Position numbers and translations under genes: made by a program
The notes under the pieces: generated by a model
Told to the model about the DNA's origin: nothing
The model's database searches: none
What the model saw: only the letters and a program-made list of their open reading frames with translations
NCBI GenBank assembly: GCA_032718475.1
Contig: JAUCBJ010004653.1
Span: 1-54,459, forward strand
Direction of reading: 5' to 3'
DNA: 54,459 nucleotides
Source of the DNA: Nemertoderma westbladi
Taxonomy: Eukaryota > Animalia > Xenacoelomorpha
Part shown: piece by piece, positions 26,307 to 38,600 of the stretch
How positions within the stretch are numbered: position 1 is the stretch's first letter
How the letters are laid out: every line of letters starts with the position of its first letter

Positions 26307-27139
26307 GGGTTCAGACAACATCGGAGAGCGAGATGTCGGCGGACGGAACGGTCCCGCCCCTTAGACTCCCTCCTAGCATTGTGGAAACTCGACCCGACTA
26401 AACGCATGATTGGGATCAGACGAGGATTGAGCGCCCAACGGATGTTCCTTTTCCTAGCATTTTAGAACCGCAGACAGCTCGACAGCTCAGCTCTGAGCCC
26501 GGTTCGATCTCGACCACCACCCAGTCATCTTAGGGGGTGGGGACGAGCTCGTGCGACAAAGGATTAGAGGTGCGAGGTAGAGGAAGGAAGGCTTGCGAGC
26601 CTACCATTAGCGATTAGTGCTCAGGAGAAGATATCTAGACCAGTAGGACGAACTTTTCAGCTCGTCAGGCGGACACTTTGGGACTTATTTGGAACTACTT
26701 TGACTATATCAATCTTAACTAACTTGTAAAATTTGAATTATTTTGTAATATTATATTATGGAAACATTTAGAATTATTTGCTTTAATTTGTTAATTTGTT
26801 TTATTTTGGATAACTGAAGCCCTTTTTTATATTTTATGCACTAAATTAGGTAGTAAATTTGTATTTTGTATTTGTATGTACGAAGGTTTTGTATTTACGC
26901 AGTACTTGCAATATTGAGTATGCAATAGGTAAGACAGTGATTATTTTTATATTTTAGGCCCTACCCTAGATTTGAGAGATATTTGAGTCAATTATTTGTG
27001 TGTCTCGATTGGTGAAAACAGTCTTACTTACTGTTTTCATGGAGCGGTGTTGGATTATTTCACTGTTAAATAGCAATTTACAGTACCACGTAAAAAACTT
27101 TCTAAATCCGACATATTTTGACTTAATTCGTAGTAATGT

Positions 27140-27384
27140 GGGGAAAGGTGGGGTAGCTCAGTTGGTTGAGCGCTGGGCCTGCAATCTATTGGTTGTAGGT
27201 TCAGCCCCACCAGGGTCCACTCAGCCTTTCATCCACTGGGGTCGATAAAATGAGTACCAGTTAAATAACTGGGAGCAAATCTTGAGATAGGAGTAGCGCC
27301 CACCCCTACCCTCAGGTAGCAGCTATCGAAAGAGGAGCCTTCAGGTCGCCTCCGGCCTCGACCGACTGTTTGCTTTTTGCTTTG
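27140..27384 (+). mobile_element. tRNA-derived SINE with Nin/Deu-type central domain
   Basis: Box A TAGCTCAGTTGG, box B-like GGTTCAGCCCC; ACTCAGCCTTTCATCC..GGGTCGATAAAATGAGTACCAG core; TTTGC tail; 11-bp TSD CGTAGTAATGT (27129-27139, 27385-27395). Confidence 0.9.
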
Positions 27385-27550
27385 CGTAGTAATGTAATAT
27401 GCCTATTTCCGATTAGTAGATATAAGTTCACTAGTGATTCTATTGGCGCAGTGGTCAGATGGGTTAAGGCGTTGGTTCATGGGTTCGAATCCCGGTCGGG
27501 AAATTTGTATTTTTGGGCTATCAATTTTCGGTTTCATTTAATTAGGTAAG

Positions 27551-27695
27551 CCAATGAGGTGCGTACAACACATGGAATGATGAGTTGGGCCAATCATAGG
27601 GCATTTAATAACTTATTGCTCCAATGTGCGGCCATGGAATGTTGTCGAATGTTCTAGTTAATTCCATGCCTAGGATTTGCTATATAAGGGGCGGT
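27551..27695 (+). promoter_or_regulatory. Pol II promoter-like module: three CCAAT boxes, GAAnnTTC, TATATAAGGGG
   Basis: CCAAT at ~27551, ~27589, ~27621; CGAATGTTCTAG ~27646; TATATAA at 27681. Confidence 0.55.
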
Positions 27696-27989
27696 TTGCT
27701 CTTCGGTTATCACAATGTAATCAATCTGTTCACCTTAGTTATCTTACACACAATGTAATCAAACTGTTCACAATCTTATCACCTTAGTTATCTTACACAC
27801 AATGTAATCAAACTTTATCTTACACATACAATCAATCTTGACTATTTGTTATTTGTAAAGTTAAGTCAATAAGTCTTTTGTAATTACGTTAATATACTGT
27901 AAACTCTTGAACATGTAAATTTTATCGTGTCCACCCTTGGGACAGCCAAACATTTGGGGAATGGCTGCCTAAAAGGTCTTCTAAAGGTC

Positions 27990-29800
27990 TTCTCGCGGGA
28001 AATATGCGAAAGACTTGGCGCATCATAAATAACGTGCTAAACAAAGGACAGAAAACCTCCTTCCCTAATAAAATAAATTGCAATAATACTGGTGGTACTG
28101 AAACAACATCAGACCCAATCAAAATAGCAACCATTTTGAATGAGCACTTCTCTTTTATTGGTCAAAAACTAGCGCAAAATATACCCCTCTCAGCACGTTC
28201 GCCAATCCGCCACTTACGTCACTGACACTCTAATTCGTTTTCACTAATAGAAACGTCCACTGCTGAAGTTCATTACTACCTACTAAGCCTAGACTACAGC
28301 TCAGCAACTAACGACTCCTTCCCTACTAGACTTATACAGATTGTAGCTGAGCCACTCGCCCATCACTTAACTCTCCTAATAAACCGCTCTATTAAATCTG
28401 GACATTTCCCATCATATTTAAAAACAGCAAAGGTGATATCGAGCTTCAAAGGAAATTACCCATTAGATCCAAATAATTATAGACCTATCTCGCTACTTCC
28501 CATTTTCAGTAAAATATACGAAAAAATAATTTATGTACAACTTCAAATTATCTGGATTGCTTTTCAATTCTAACACCCTGTCAATTTGGTTTTCGGAAAA
28601 ATACTTCCACTTTTTCTGCGATTTTAACTGTAACAGAAAAAATTAAGTTAGTTCTAGATTTCAAATCATCCAGTTGCGCAATATACATAGATCTCAAAAA
28701 AGCGTTTGACACGCTCAATCACTCGATATTACTACAAAAACTGGAAGGATACGGAATTCGAGGAACCCCAAAAAATCTAATCCAAAGTTTCCTTACAGAC
28801 AGAACTCAATTTGTATCCCTTAACAATAAAATTCAATCGCCGATTCTGAAAATTACGTGTGGGACTCCCCAAGGATCTATCTTATCACCTTTGCTGTTTT
28901 TACTCTATATAAATGATCTTCCTAACGTATCTAACCTACTAACTACTCTATTCGCTGACGACACAACTTTACTGAACCACAATATTGACATTGACCGACT
29001 AATAACAACAACAAACACAGAACTTGACAAGATTTCGGACTGGCTTGCGGACAATAGACTATCCCTCAATATGACGAAGACAGAATACACTATATTTACT
29101 AACCGCCTACTAACTACTGGTCTTCCTAAAATAAAAATTAAATCTTCTGAGATCAAGCAAGTACAGCATGCGAAATTTCTTGGTATCTGGATAGACGACA
29201 AATTGAAATGGAAAACACATACAAGGTATATATTAAACAAAATTTCCCGCTCAGCTGGTTTATTCTATAAGTTAAGACATATCTTCCCATCCCAGATCCT
29301 TCGTATGCTGTACTTCACTTTGATCAATCCATACATTAATTATGGTATATTGGCATGGGGTGTCGCTGCTAGTACTGTTCTCCGACCTATTCGAATTAAA
29401 ATAAATAAAATTATTCGCTGTCTAACCTTCAGTCACTACCGGTCATCCTCCATACCAATATATAAATCTCTCAATATATTACCTTTACAATCGCTATTCA
29501 ACTACCAGCTAGGCCAACTAATGTACGATATATCCAACAACCCTAAACATCCACTTTCTCATCTATTTACAACTTTTTCTGAAATTCATCGTTACAACAC
29601 TAGGTCAGCCGCTGCAGGCAAATACGTCATACCATTAACACGGCTGAATGTGGCTCATGAGTCTATTGCTGTTTTGGGTGCATCCTTTTGGAATAACTTA
29701 CCAAGTCCAATAACTACTTCAACAACAAAAAATATATTCAAAAAACAATTGAAGACATTCTTAATACACCACATGATTTAATCATTTTCTCTTTTTTTTT
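27990..29800 (+). mobile_element. 5'-truncated L2/CR1-group (Crack/Daphne-like) LINE, RT and C-terminal region
   Basis: KTWRIIN; NYRPISLLPIFSKIYEK; QFGFRK; IDLKKAFDT; GTPQGSILSPLLFLLYINDL; LFADDT; KFLGIWIDDKLKW; HRYNTR. Confidence 0.9.
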
Positions 29801-29935
29801 TTTAGGACTATATACATGATTTACATTAAATTTAATTAAAAATTAAAATAAAATAAACAATTTATGAGACACACATCAACAAGGCAAATCGATATTACAT
29901 ATAGTAAATTACTACTTTTTCTTCGTTAATTATAT

Positions 29936-30422
29936 TATTCCCCACTGCTGGCTGATGAACCTGTGAGCCGCTAATAACGCGTAGCTCCCGCCCTTCCCGA
30001 ACCCACGATAATAAAGTTGAATAGATCTTAGAATGATGTTGTTATGCATAAGTGAGTTTTATGGGCCAGTCTGTGAGTGACTGATGTTGAATGTCTGAAA
30101 AGGCAGAAACTACGGTAGAAGCAATGGCACGCTGTCAGGTACACTGCAGAAGGAATAATGCAGAGGTTGAGAAACGCCCTGCCTTATAGGTTCTGGCGGT
30201 AGAACCGTTAGCGAATGGGAGACAACAGCCACTCACAGAGCGCGGTATGATACACACCTATAAATAGCACCCAATCATGACACAGTAATACCATGGCTAC
30301 GCTACACCTACTGTAAGGGCCGGTGGCAATGCTGTAATAGGTGAAGCGGCCGAAATGGTAGAACGGTTCTTATGTTCTTAAATAATGGTTCTTATGGCCG
30401 GGATGGCTGGGCTACGGTCACA
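29936..30422 (-). repeat. BEL-B 3' LTR (last ~50 bp missing; internal ~70-bp deletion)
   Basis: Direct repeat of ~40539-41079; starts TGTGACCGTAG right after the PPT (30423-30432). Confidence 0.9.
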
Positions 30423-32122
30423 CTCCCCCCTAAGGAATTTGAGAGGTTGCGGAACAACCTCGCAAATTTCCTTATACCCAAAAGACTTAGCCTGCTGGTT
30501 GACATTTGCAGTTGAATGGACTATTCCCTCCCTTGGACATACTGCTGATAGTACTTACCCTTGGTTAACACTGACTAGACTTTGGGAGAATCCCTACTGT
30601 AGTCCCAAGGGGCAGATGGGTACATGTTCTCGCTTCGTCGGGGACTAGGCGATTACATTCTTGTTTCCTTACCTGTGGTGCTAGAGGCGCTAACTTTACC
30701 TCGATTGCCAGGTAACGAAACTGCAGCCGGGCGCGCGGGTGTAACTGCGGAGCAGTACACCCTAGGTTACACTAACCATTTTTGCCAGCTGTGGAGCAGG
30801 CAAGAACAGGTACTACGACGGAGCCGATACCTATGACCTTACCTTGCTGAGTCAGTGTCTCTTGATCTTCGCCAGAGGAGACACATCAAGCAACTTACCG
30901 CGTATCTTTGGCAAGCACTAGCGTGTCTGAGAGCTAAACGACGGATCGTCGCTCCTTGGTACATGAACAGGCGTGAATTCATGTACCCCAGACTGCCTGT
31001 GTGAACTAAATGCGCTTTTTAGCCCACACAGAGAAATGTACATACTTCACTGTATGTACATCCCCAGTATTAGCGCCAAGCAGCGGAACTGCTAAGTCGC
31101 TAACTATGACCCATGTTGACGGAGCCAACATGGTGGTTTGCCGCCTTAGAATGATCCCGTTGTTAAAATGGGTTCTCAGTGGTCTCATGTCCATCAAATT
31201 CGCCCCTACCGTATTAGGTTTAATAAAGTAAGAAAATTTTAAGAACATGGAGCACTTTATTAATTTACAATAAACTATTGGTGGATGGTATGACTAAATT
31301 TAACTATGCACCAATTTTGAATTTAATAGGGCATATCATTCTCTTTAGGTCGAGCGCTCTAAGCTATATAACACTGATAGCCGACCCTTCACGTTCTAGA
31401 ACGGTAATTACATAAGTTGTCACGTAAACACGGTTTCACACTTTATAACATACATTTTGGACATTGCGGTGGGATAATCTTCAACCAGATGCGCGTAGAA
31501 AGTAGAACCCGCGTGTCATATCCTTTAGTTGATTGGCATTGGGAACCATAGCTATAATCTAAGCCAACAAGGCTTAACTCGCGATAACTCAGATTGTGCT
31601 AGCTATGGTTTGTATGTGACAAGGCAGTGTCTTGATGAGACTCAGATGCTAAATAGCGTGGTGCTATATTAATCCAATTCCTTGTCACAATGAATAATAA
31701 TGGTGGTTGGTGGTGCTAATATAGGTTTCACTTAGCCTAAGAAGAATGCTATCCTAGTAATAGCCTACATACGTTGCGCGTAATGTGCCTATAAGTAAGA
31801 GGCACAGACCTATATTACACTATAGAAGTTTGTTATAATTATACATAGTGCTAGGTACATAATTAATTAGAAATAGAAGAGTTAGGGCTAATTAACAAAT
31901 GACATTGTTAATTAGAGTGGCACTATGCCGTAGAGCGCGGAGCCCTCTACAAACATAGCTTTTAGGGGTAGCCTCGCTCACCGATTGCGGCACAATCGGA
32001 TAGGCATATCCCTGCGGTGGAATATTCAAGTGCACACTGACAGCCGTGCCTCCAGTGGTGGGTTTGCCCTTTACAGGGTTTACCACGCGTCCTAGAGACC
32101 CAGTCAGTTTTTAGTTACTGAA

Positions 32123-32546
32123 GACTACGGAGTAATCCTAGTAACATTAGCTGTCTATGGAATAGACATAGTTGAGCTGTCCCGGAGTGGACATTATAGT
32201 ACTAGCAGCCTATAAAGCAGGCCTAGCTACATCGTCTACGGAGTAGACATAAGGTTGTCCATTAAGTGGACATAAGTAAGTGGTCTACAGAATAGACCTA
32301 AAGCTATCCATGGAGTGGATGTAAGTAAGCGATCTATGGAATAGATCTAAAGCTAAAGCTGTCCACGGAGTGGACCTAAGTACACAGTCTACGGGGTAGA
32401 CCTATGTTGTCCTTTAAATAGGCACATAAAGCTGTCCATAGAGAGGACATAAAGTTGAGTTTATTAAGTCTATTGAATAGACATAAAGGAGAGTTTGTTA
32501 AAGTCTACGGAGTAGACATTGAGTTTATGATAATCCACTGGTGGAT
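32123..32546. repeat. Array of ~13 mini-hairpins RTCYAY-(GGA)-RTRGAY in the BEL-B 3' untranslated region
   Basis: Examples: GTCTAC-GGA-GTAGAC 32234 and 32503; GTCCAC-GGA-GTGGAC 32361; GTCTAT-GGA-ATAGAC 32153; ATCTAT-GGA-ATAGAT 32332. Confidence 0.88.
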
Positions 32547-32663
32547 ATCATCCTTCGCACCAGTTGTTGATATCTGCTGTCGATGCGAAGTTGAGAGGAT
32601 TTTGGTTTTTTTTTTTTTTTTTTGCCACCCATCCTCCCCCCAGACGGCTTGCCCCGTCTTTAA

Positions 32664-35600
32664 TTAGGGCGCGCATTCGAATAGGCAGCAGTTGCCTATT
32701 GGTCGCTTGTAGGTGCGCTTAGCTCCGCTGCCAAGGCTGACCTCGACGGAACGCACTCGGCCGTCTGCGCCTGGGTAGCAGCGCACGATCCTGGCCATGC
32801 ACCAGTCTTTCTTGAGTAGGGTATCATCGGTAACCAGTATGAGGTCGCCCGGTTTGAGGTCCCTCTGCTCCGACCTCCACTTTCGTCGCTTGTGGAGAGT
32901 GGGTATGTATTCTTGTACCCACCGACGTTGATACTCGTCCGCGAGCGCTTGTACCACCCGCCAGGACTTGCGTGAATAGAGTTCATTAGGGTCCCACTCC
33001 CCCCGTCGCATCATCTGAGCTGGTCGTCGCAACAGTAGATGGTTGGGTGTGAGAACCTCGAGTGACATTGGGTCGTCATTGAGCGCGCAGAGTGGTCTGC
33101 TGTTCATAATTTGTTCGCTCTCTGCAAAGACAGTGCGGAGCACGTCCTCCGTGACGATGTGCCCTCTGAGTAGTGACAGCATCAGGCGTTTGGAACTTCC
33201 AATGAGACGTTCCCAAACTCCGGCGGTGTGTGGTGCATAGGGCATAGTGTGTACCCAGTCCACACCTTCGCGGCGCATTGCGAGAGCCACTTCCTTGGCA
33301 TTGAAGGTACACCTGGCTTCTTTGAGCTCCGCCTCTGCACCGATGAAATTTCCCCCATTATCGGAAGCCATGCGCTTGATCTTTCCACATCGATTGATGA
33401 AGCGTCGAAGGGCGTTGATGAAAGCGCTGGCCGCGGCGTCGACTGCAAGTTCCAAGGCGATGGCTCGGGTATTGTTGCAAACGAAAATGATGCCATACGA
33501 TTTCCGCTGCTGTCGATAAACCTTTACCACTATCGGCCCGAACATATCAGTTCCTGTATAGGTAAATGGTGGTTCATACTCTATTGTTCGTTCGGGTGGA
33601 AGCGGCGCCATCACTTGGGTTACTCATTCTTTCCGCACTAAACGGCAGGTAGAACAAGAGTTTATAGTCTGTTTGATTGATCGGCGCACCGCTGGAATCC
33701 AGTACGTGCGTCTCACGTAAGCGAGAGTTGCGTCAGTACCCCCATGCATCACCCGCTGGTGACTATCGTTGATGATCTGCTGCGTCACTGGGCTCTGCCG
33801 CGGTAGTATTACAGGCTTGCTTGAAATTATCTGACATCCTGCCCGTCGTACTCGTGAGTCCATAACCAGGACTCCTTCCTGGTTTAGTGTTGGTGACAAC
33901 GATTTGATTAGGCTATCCATCGGAATGGGTTTCCCAGATGCTAACCATCCTATCTCCTGTGTGTATGCCAGTCGCTGGACATACTTAATGACAGCCACCT
34001 TGGCTCCCTTCCAGTCTATAATGGGCTTGTCTCCAGTATGCCCTTGTCTGATATAGGCGAACCAGGCCCTGAAGTAGGCTGCCAGCTTCACAGTCTTATA
34101 CCATGAAGAGCTATGACTCAAGAGTTTATCTGTTGGTGTCATCAGTGTACTAGTAGTAGCGAAGCACACGGTCTCCACCTTGACCTCTGGATCTTCTGGG
34201 TCTAACTTGGGAGATTGACCTTTGTCCGGGAATTCCGGCCACTTCCCCTCATCACGGAGAAAACGGGGTCCATGCTGCCAGAGCATCTCCAACTCCTTAG
34301 ATGGGACTTTGAGGGTTCCCCGGGACACTAGGTCGGCTGGGTTCTGGTCTGTCGGGCAGAAGTGCCACTTATTAAGGTTGGTCGTGGCACGTATCTCATC
34401 CACTCTATGAGCAACGAAAACTTTGAATCTTCGTGATTCATTTTGAATGTAGCGAAGCACAACATTGGAATCCGTCCAATACTCTACTTCTCGCTCATTC
34501 TTAAGAGCTTTTCGTACTTGTTGAGCTGCGCGTGTGGCCAGAAGTGCAGCCATCAGCTCTAATCGCGGGATTGTCACTAGTTTTAGTGGAGCAGTTCTGG
34601 CCTTACTGAAGATCAGACGTGGTTGCAGGTTGTTCTCTCCTCCTTGAACCACGTATATCACGGCCCCATATCCCTTAGTCGATGCGTCTGAGAAGGCATG
34701 CAGGACCACTTCGGACATATTGCCATCCGAGAAGTATGGTCGCGGTATACTTAGCCTTCTAGTATCCTTGAGAACTTCGAGCCAAGCTCTCCACTTGATT
34801 TTGAGCTGTTCTGGGAGTTCCTCATCCCATCTGAACTTCCCCAGATATGCTTCGCGAAGGATATGCCTTCCCACCACCAGGTTAGGTGATGCTAACCCTA
34901 TGGGGTCATACATCCTCGCGATGTATGATAGGTAATTCCATAATGTATGCTTTGTCATAGCTGTCTCGTTGAAGATATACACGAGATTATCGTTGATCCT
35001 ATCCCATGAAATCCCAAGCACTCTGGCCTCAGGCTCTGCCGAAGCCTCCGTCAATATCCGGTTGACTTCCCCTGAGGCTGCGTCTGGCTGGCTCCTACCC
35101 TCCGCTAGAGGTTGTAGGCTTATAGGAGCCATGTTCTCACTTTGTTTGAGAAGGCCTGTGGATTTATCCTCTGGGGCCATCTCGGCGTCAAATTCGGGAC
35201 AATTCGACTTGAACTGCCTCAGCCAGAATCCTCCCCGCCGTAGAATCTCTACCGCTTCCTTCGCTAGGCTGAGGATTTGTTCAGTCGAGTTGGCTGATTG
35301 CAGACCATCGTCTACATAGAAGTTCTCCCTAATCATGCGGATTACCTCTTGTGAGAATTCGATGAGAACATTCTTGTCAAAGGTGGTTTGCCGTAGTTTA
35401 TCTGTGGCGATGAACGGCGAACACTTGGCGCCAAAGATGTGGACCAACATCTTGAATTTCTTTGGCACCTCGTTCGGGTTATCGCTGTCGTGCCAGAGGA
35501 ATCAGAGGCTATCGCTGTCCTCCTGATAGACCCGAACTTGGTGGAACATGGCCTCCACATCGCATGTGAAGGCCTTGGTTCCCTCTCTGAACCTCATGAG

Positions 35601-38600
35601 CACATCTGCTCCTGTATTATAAATGTTGGGCCCCTCATGGAGATAGTCGTTCAGCGACTTCCCATGGTATTTGGCTGCAGCGTCGTTAACCAACCGGAGT
35701 TTATTGTTCTTCTTCACATCTACATGAAGGGGTAAGTAATAGGTTCGAGTGGTATTGGGTTCCTGGTTCGCTAGCTGGACTGCCCACCCTCGATCCAGAT
35801 ACTTCTGAATGGTTCGATGAACAAGCTGTTTCTTTCGCTCATCTCGGTTGAGCGTTACCTTGAATTTGCGTAGGCGCTCTACTGCCATGGATTCATTGTT
35901 AGGTAACTGCCCATTCGGGTCTTTCCACAGCATTCTTGCTGTGTAGTGGCCATCTCGAAAGATGGTTGAATTTGTTGGTGCCTTGGTTGCTCTAACGTCC
36001 TCCTGGGATTGGCCAAGCGTCGGTTCATACAACCCTTCGCTATCCAGGTTGAAGAGGGTTGCTAGGTCTTGTGCCACCGTAGTGCCACTTGAGATCCCAG
36101 CTGTGTCAGTTGGGGTATAAGTGAGTTCATGGGATGTGATTGGTCTAGCTGGGCCCGGTTTTACTGATTTAATGATGTGGTTAGCAGTAACAGCCTCTGT
36201 CGGGTTTGATATACACGGTACCTTAGCCACCTTGCCAAGTAATACCCAACCCAGGGGTGTTCGTACAGCCTGGGGCTGATTTCTACCCGGACCCTGAACT
36301 ATCTCCAGCTCTGCATGTACCGGGAGACAGCACATCCCCAGCACCATGGTGACATATGGAAGATCCAATGGCGGAAGAGAGAAGTCGATGTCGTCCAGGT
36401 ATGAGTACTGGGCTATCTCCTCCGTTGTTGCTCTTTCGGCGGGAACGTTTACCTCGTCTATCACACGTACTGCTGGGCACTTAATTGAGAACTCAGGCCC
36501 TGGCATAATAGAACTAACTGTACATTCCCCAACCGGCATGTTTATCTCCTGGTTCTTTAATGCAATAGTGCTTATATGCACGGTCTCTGGCTGTGTTGCA
36601 ATATGCAACTGTTTCCGAATGACTTCACCTTGGATGTCGATTCCAGCACCGTTATCGACTAGTGCTAGGGTTGTCAGTGACCGTTTCCTCGATCCTGTCA
36701 CTCTAACAGGAAGTATCTTAAGATACGTTATCTCTCCATAATATAGATCCTGGAGAGATAAAGTGTTTATCACGCCTGTAGCCCCGGATTCAGCAGATTT
36801 CCCAGACTTTGCAGGCGCATAGGGACAGTTCGTTGAAAAGTGGCCTGTGGTCACACAATGCTTGCATGTACCATGACGCTTGTGGTAATTCCACTTGTCC
36901 TGTTGGCTTTGTGCTTGCCACACCCTGCAAGTTCTAGTAGGGTGACCTTTGTTTCTGAAATGGATCTGGCAGTCCACCTCGTCGCTGTAATCTAAGGTTC
37001 CTATGTCCCAGTAAGGTGTAAATGGAGTAAACCGCTCCGATTGTTTATATGTCGAATTTCGAGAAGTGCCCTCCGGAGGTGCCACTGGTGGTTGGTGCCT
37101 TTTTGCTGGCACCGAGGGTGACTTCGATCTTGACACGGGATCCCTACTGGACCTTTCATTTTCTGCCAGATGAAAAACACCTGTGGCATTTTTGCGTGGC
37201 AGCGGATAAGCAGGGCTATTCATTTTGTCTCTATTTGTGGTTGCGGGAATTTCTTTAGATTTTCCTCCAGTTTTAGGAATGTTGAAGTTATCTTCCCCAT
37301 ATATGGGGTCTGTCATAATCTCTGCCTGGAAGGTAAGGAAGGTGGACAGGTCTGCAAAATCTGGTTCCCTGTCCTTTTCCTCGTGTAGGACATATGCCTT
37401 CTTGCGCCATAGGCTGCGCATCCATACTGGTAAGGTTTCCACTATGGATGTCATATTGGACGTGGAGCTAAGCTCGGCTGGTCGCCCCAATGTGCGCAGC
37501 ACAATAAGAGCCTTTTTGACCTTTGCAGCAAAGGCCTTTAATTCTTTAGGCTTTTGCAAGGATGGGGTATGCACGAATTGTACATACTCTTCAGGCTTTG
37601 TCCCATCAAATGTAAAGGGTTTGATGGGAGTCAATTCTAAACGCACCCTGAGTGCATCCACCACTGCACTCATTCCCCCTGTAGGGTCTGTGCTGCTGAC
37701 ATGTTCTGGTATTGTTGGTAGTGAAGTAGTCTGTCCAATAGAGCCACTGGCAGGTCCTGATGGGACACCATCCCTATGGGAAGACCCTTCACCAATATTT
37801 GGTCTATACATTCCTAGGCCCCCTGGGCCCCTTGCCATGTCCTTACCCCCAACATTATTATATGCAGGTTTATCAGTTTCCCTACTGGGGTAAGATAGCC
37901 TAGGTAAAGTATCATAATGTGGACCTACGGGGCTATGAATAGTTTCATTAGACCCCCTTTGGGTGTATGTCCCTGATGAAGTTGGGTTGTATGAAGGGCT
38001 TGCTGTTACTGGTAAATATTATCTTATATTACTATTGTAATACACATTATCATCCCTAGGCCTCCATAGGGGTACTCGTGGTACCGGTACATTCGCAGTG
38101 GAGTCTGCATGTCGAACGTCCGATAAATTAAGTCGACCCCCTTCTGGAACTCTCGGCGGTCTATAATCACTCGCATTGGGGTTTAGGGTTGTTTGTTTAT
38201 CTATGTCCGGCACTACTGTAGCTTGTTCTTGCTGGTCTACTGACTGATAGCCTACAGTAGCTGGCTGGCCTAGCCTACATAACGGATCGACGAGTTCATC
38301 CGAAGAGCGATCCTCCTGAGCCCTCGTCGCCCGCTCAGACTCGCCAGATTGCGTAAGTTGGCCAGTTCTTGCCCCCGGACATCCTTCGTAGTAGACTTCC
38401 TCCACTTTGCTACTGACTCGAACCGACGTGCGATCTCCCGAGTCTCGCAATCGCTCCTCCCAATCCGACTCTTCGCGTGAAGCGATTTGATTACCACAGT
38501 ACAACCTACTGCCGCTTTGCGGCACTGCAATGTCGTCTGTGTTATGTGTGGGTTGGTGTGAGTCACTGTCTATGTTATTAGACAGGACTGGTGCCTCCAC

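Larger units (their letters stand above)
13350..27952 (+). mobile_element. BEL/Pao LTR retrotransposon BEL-A (decayed; no 5' LTR seen; extra 3' ORF)
   Basis: Order gag core (15691-16041), CWRC..H..C..CPLC..HDALLH, protease region (16890-), RT FYVDD (~18670), RNase H LHSFSDAS, integrase HHCC + GIDCFGP..WGLIFTC..DQGTNF..GGVWERL (20219-21949); many stops. Ends inferred. Confidence 0.92.
27048..27952 (+). repeat. Candidate 3' LTR of BEL-A (interrupted by a SINE)
   Basis: Short purine tract GGAGCGG, then TGTTGG...CCAAACA ends; contains CCAAT boxes and TATA; no partner LTR in the window to confirm. Confidence 0.45.

Noticed and set aside
27140-27215. Functional tRNA gene (also 27445-27500)
   Set aside because: The first is a SINE head within a TSD-flanked insertion; the second lacks a full anticodon arm.
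29931-29935. TATAT as BEL-B target-site duplication (matches 41080-41084)
   Set aside because: The left LTR lacks its true end and the context is AT-rich, so the match is likely coincidental.
32123-32546. CRISPR-like repeat/spacer array
   Set aside because: Repeats are 15 bp and degenerate, linkers are short and related to each other, there are no cas genes, and the context is a eukaryotic retrotransposon.
37225-37893. Long antisense ORFs over BEL-B and BEL-A (also 39529-40086, 20902-21393)
   Set aside because: Shadow frames of retrotransposon coding sequence with no recognisable motifs.
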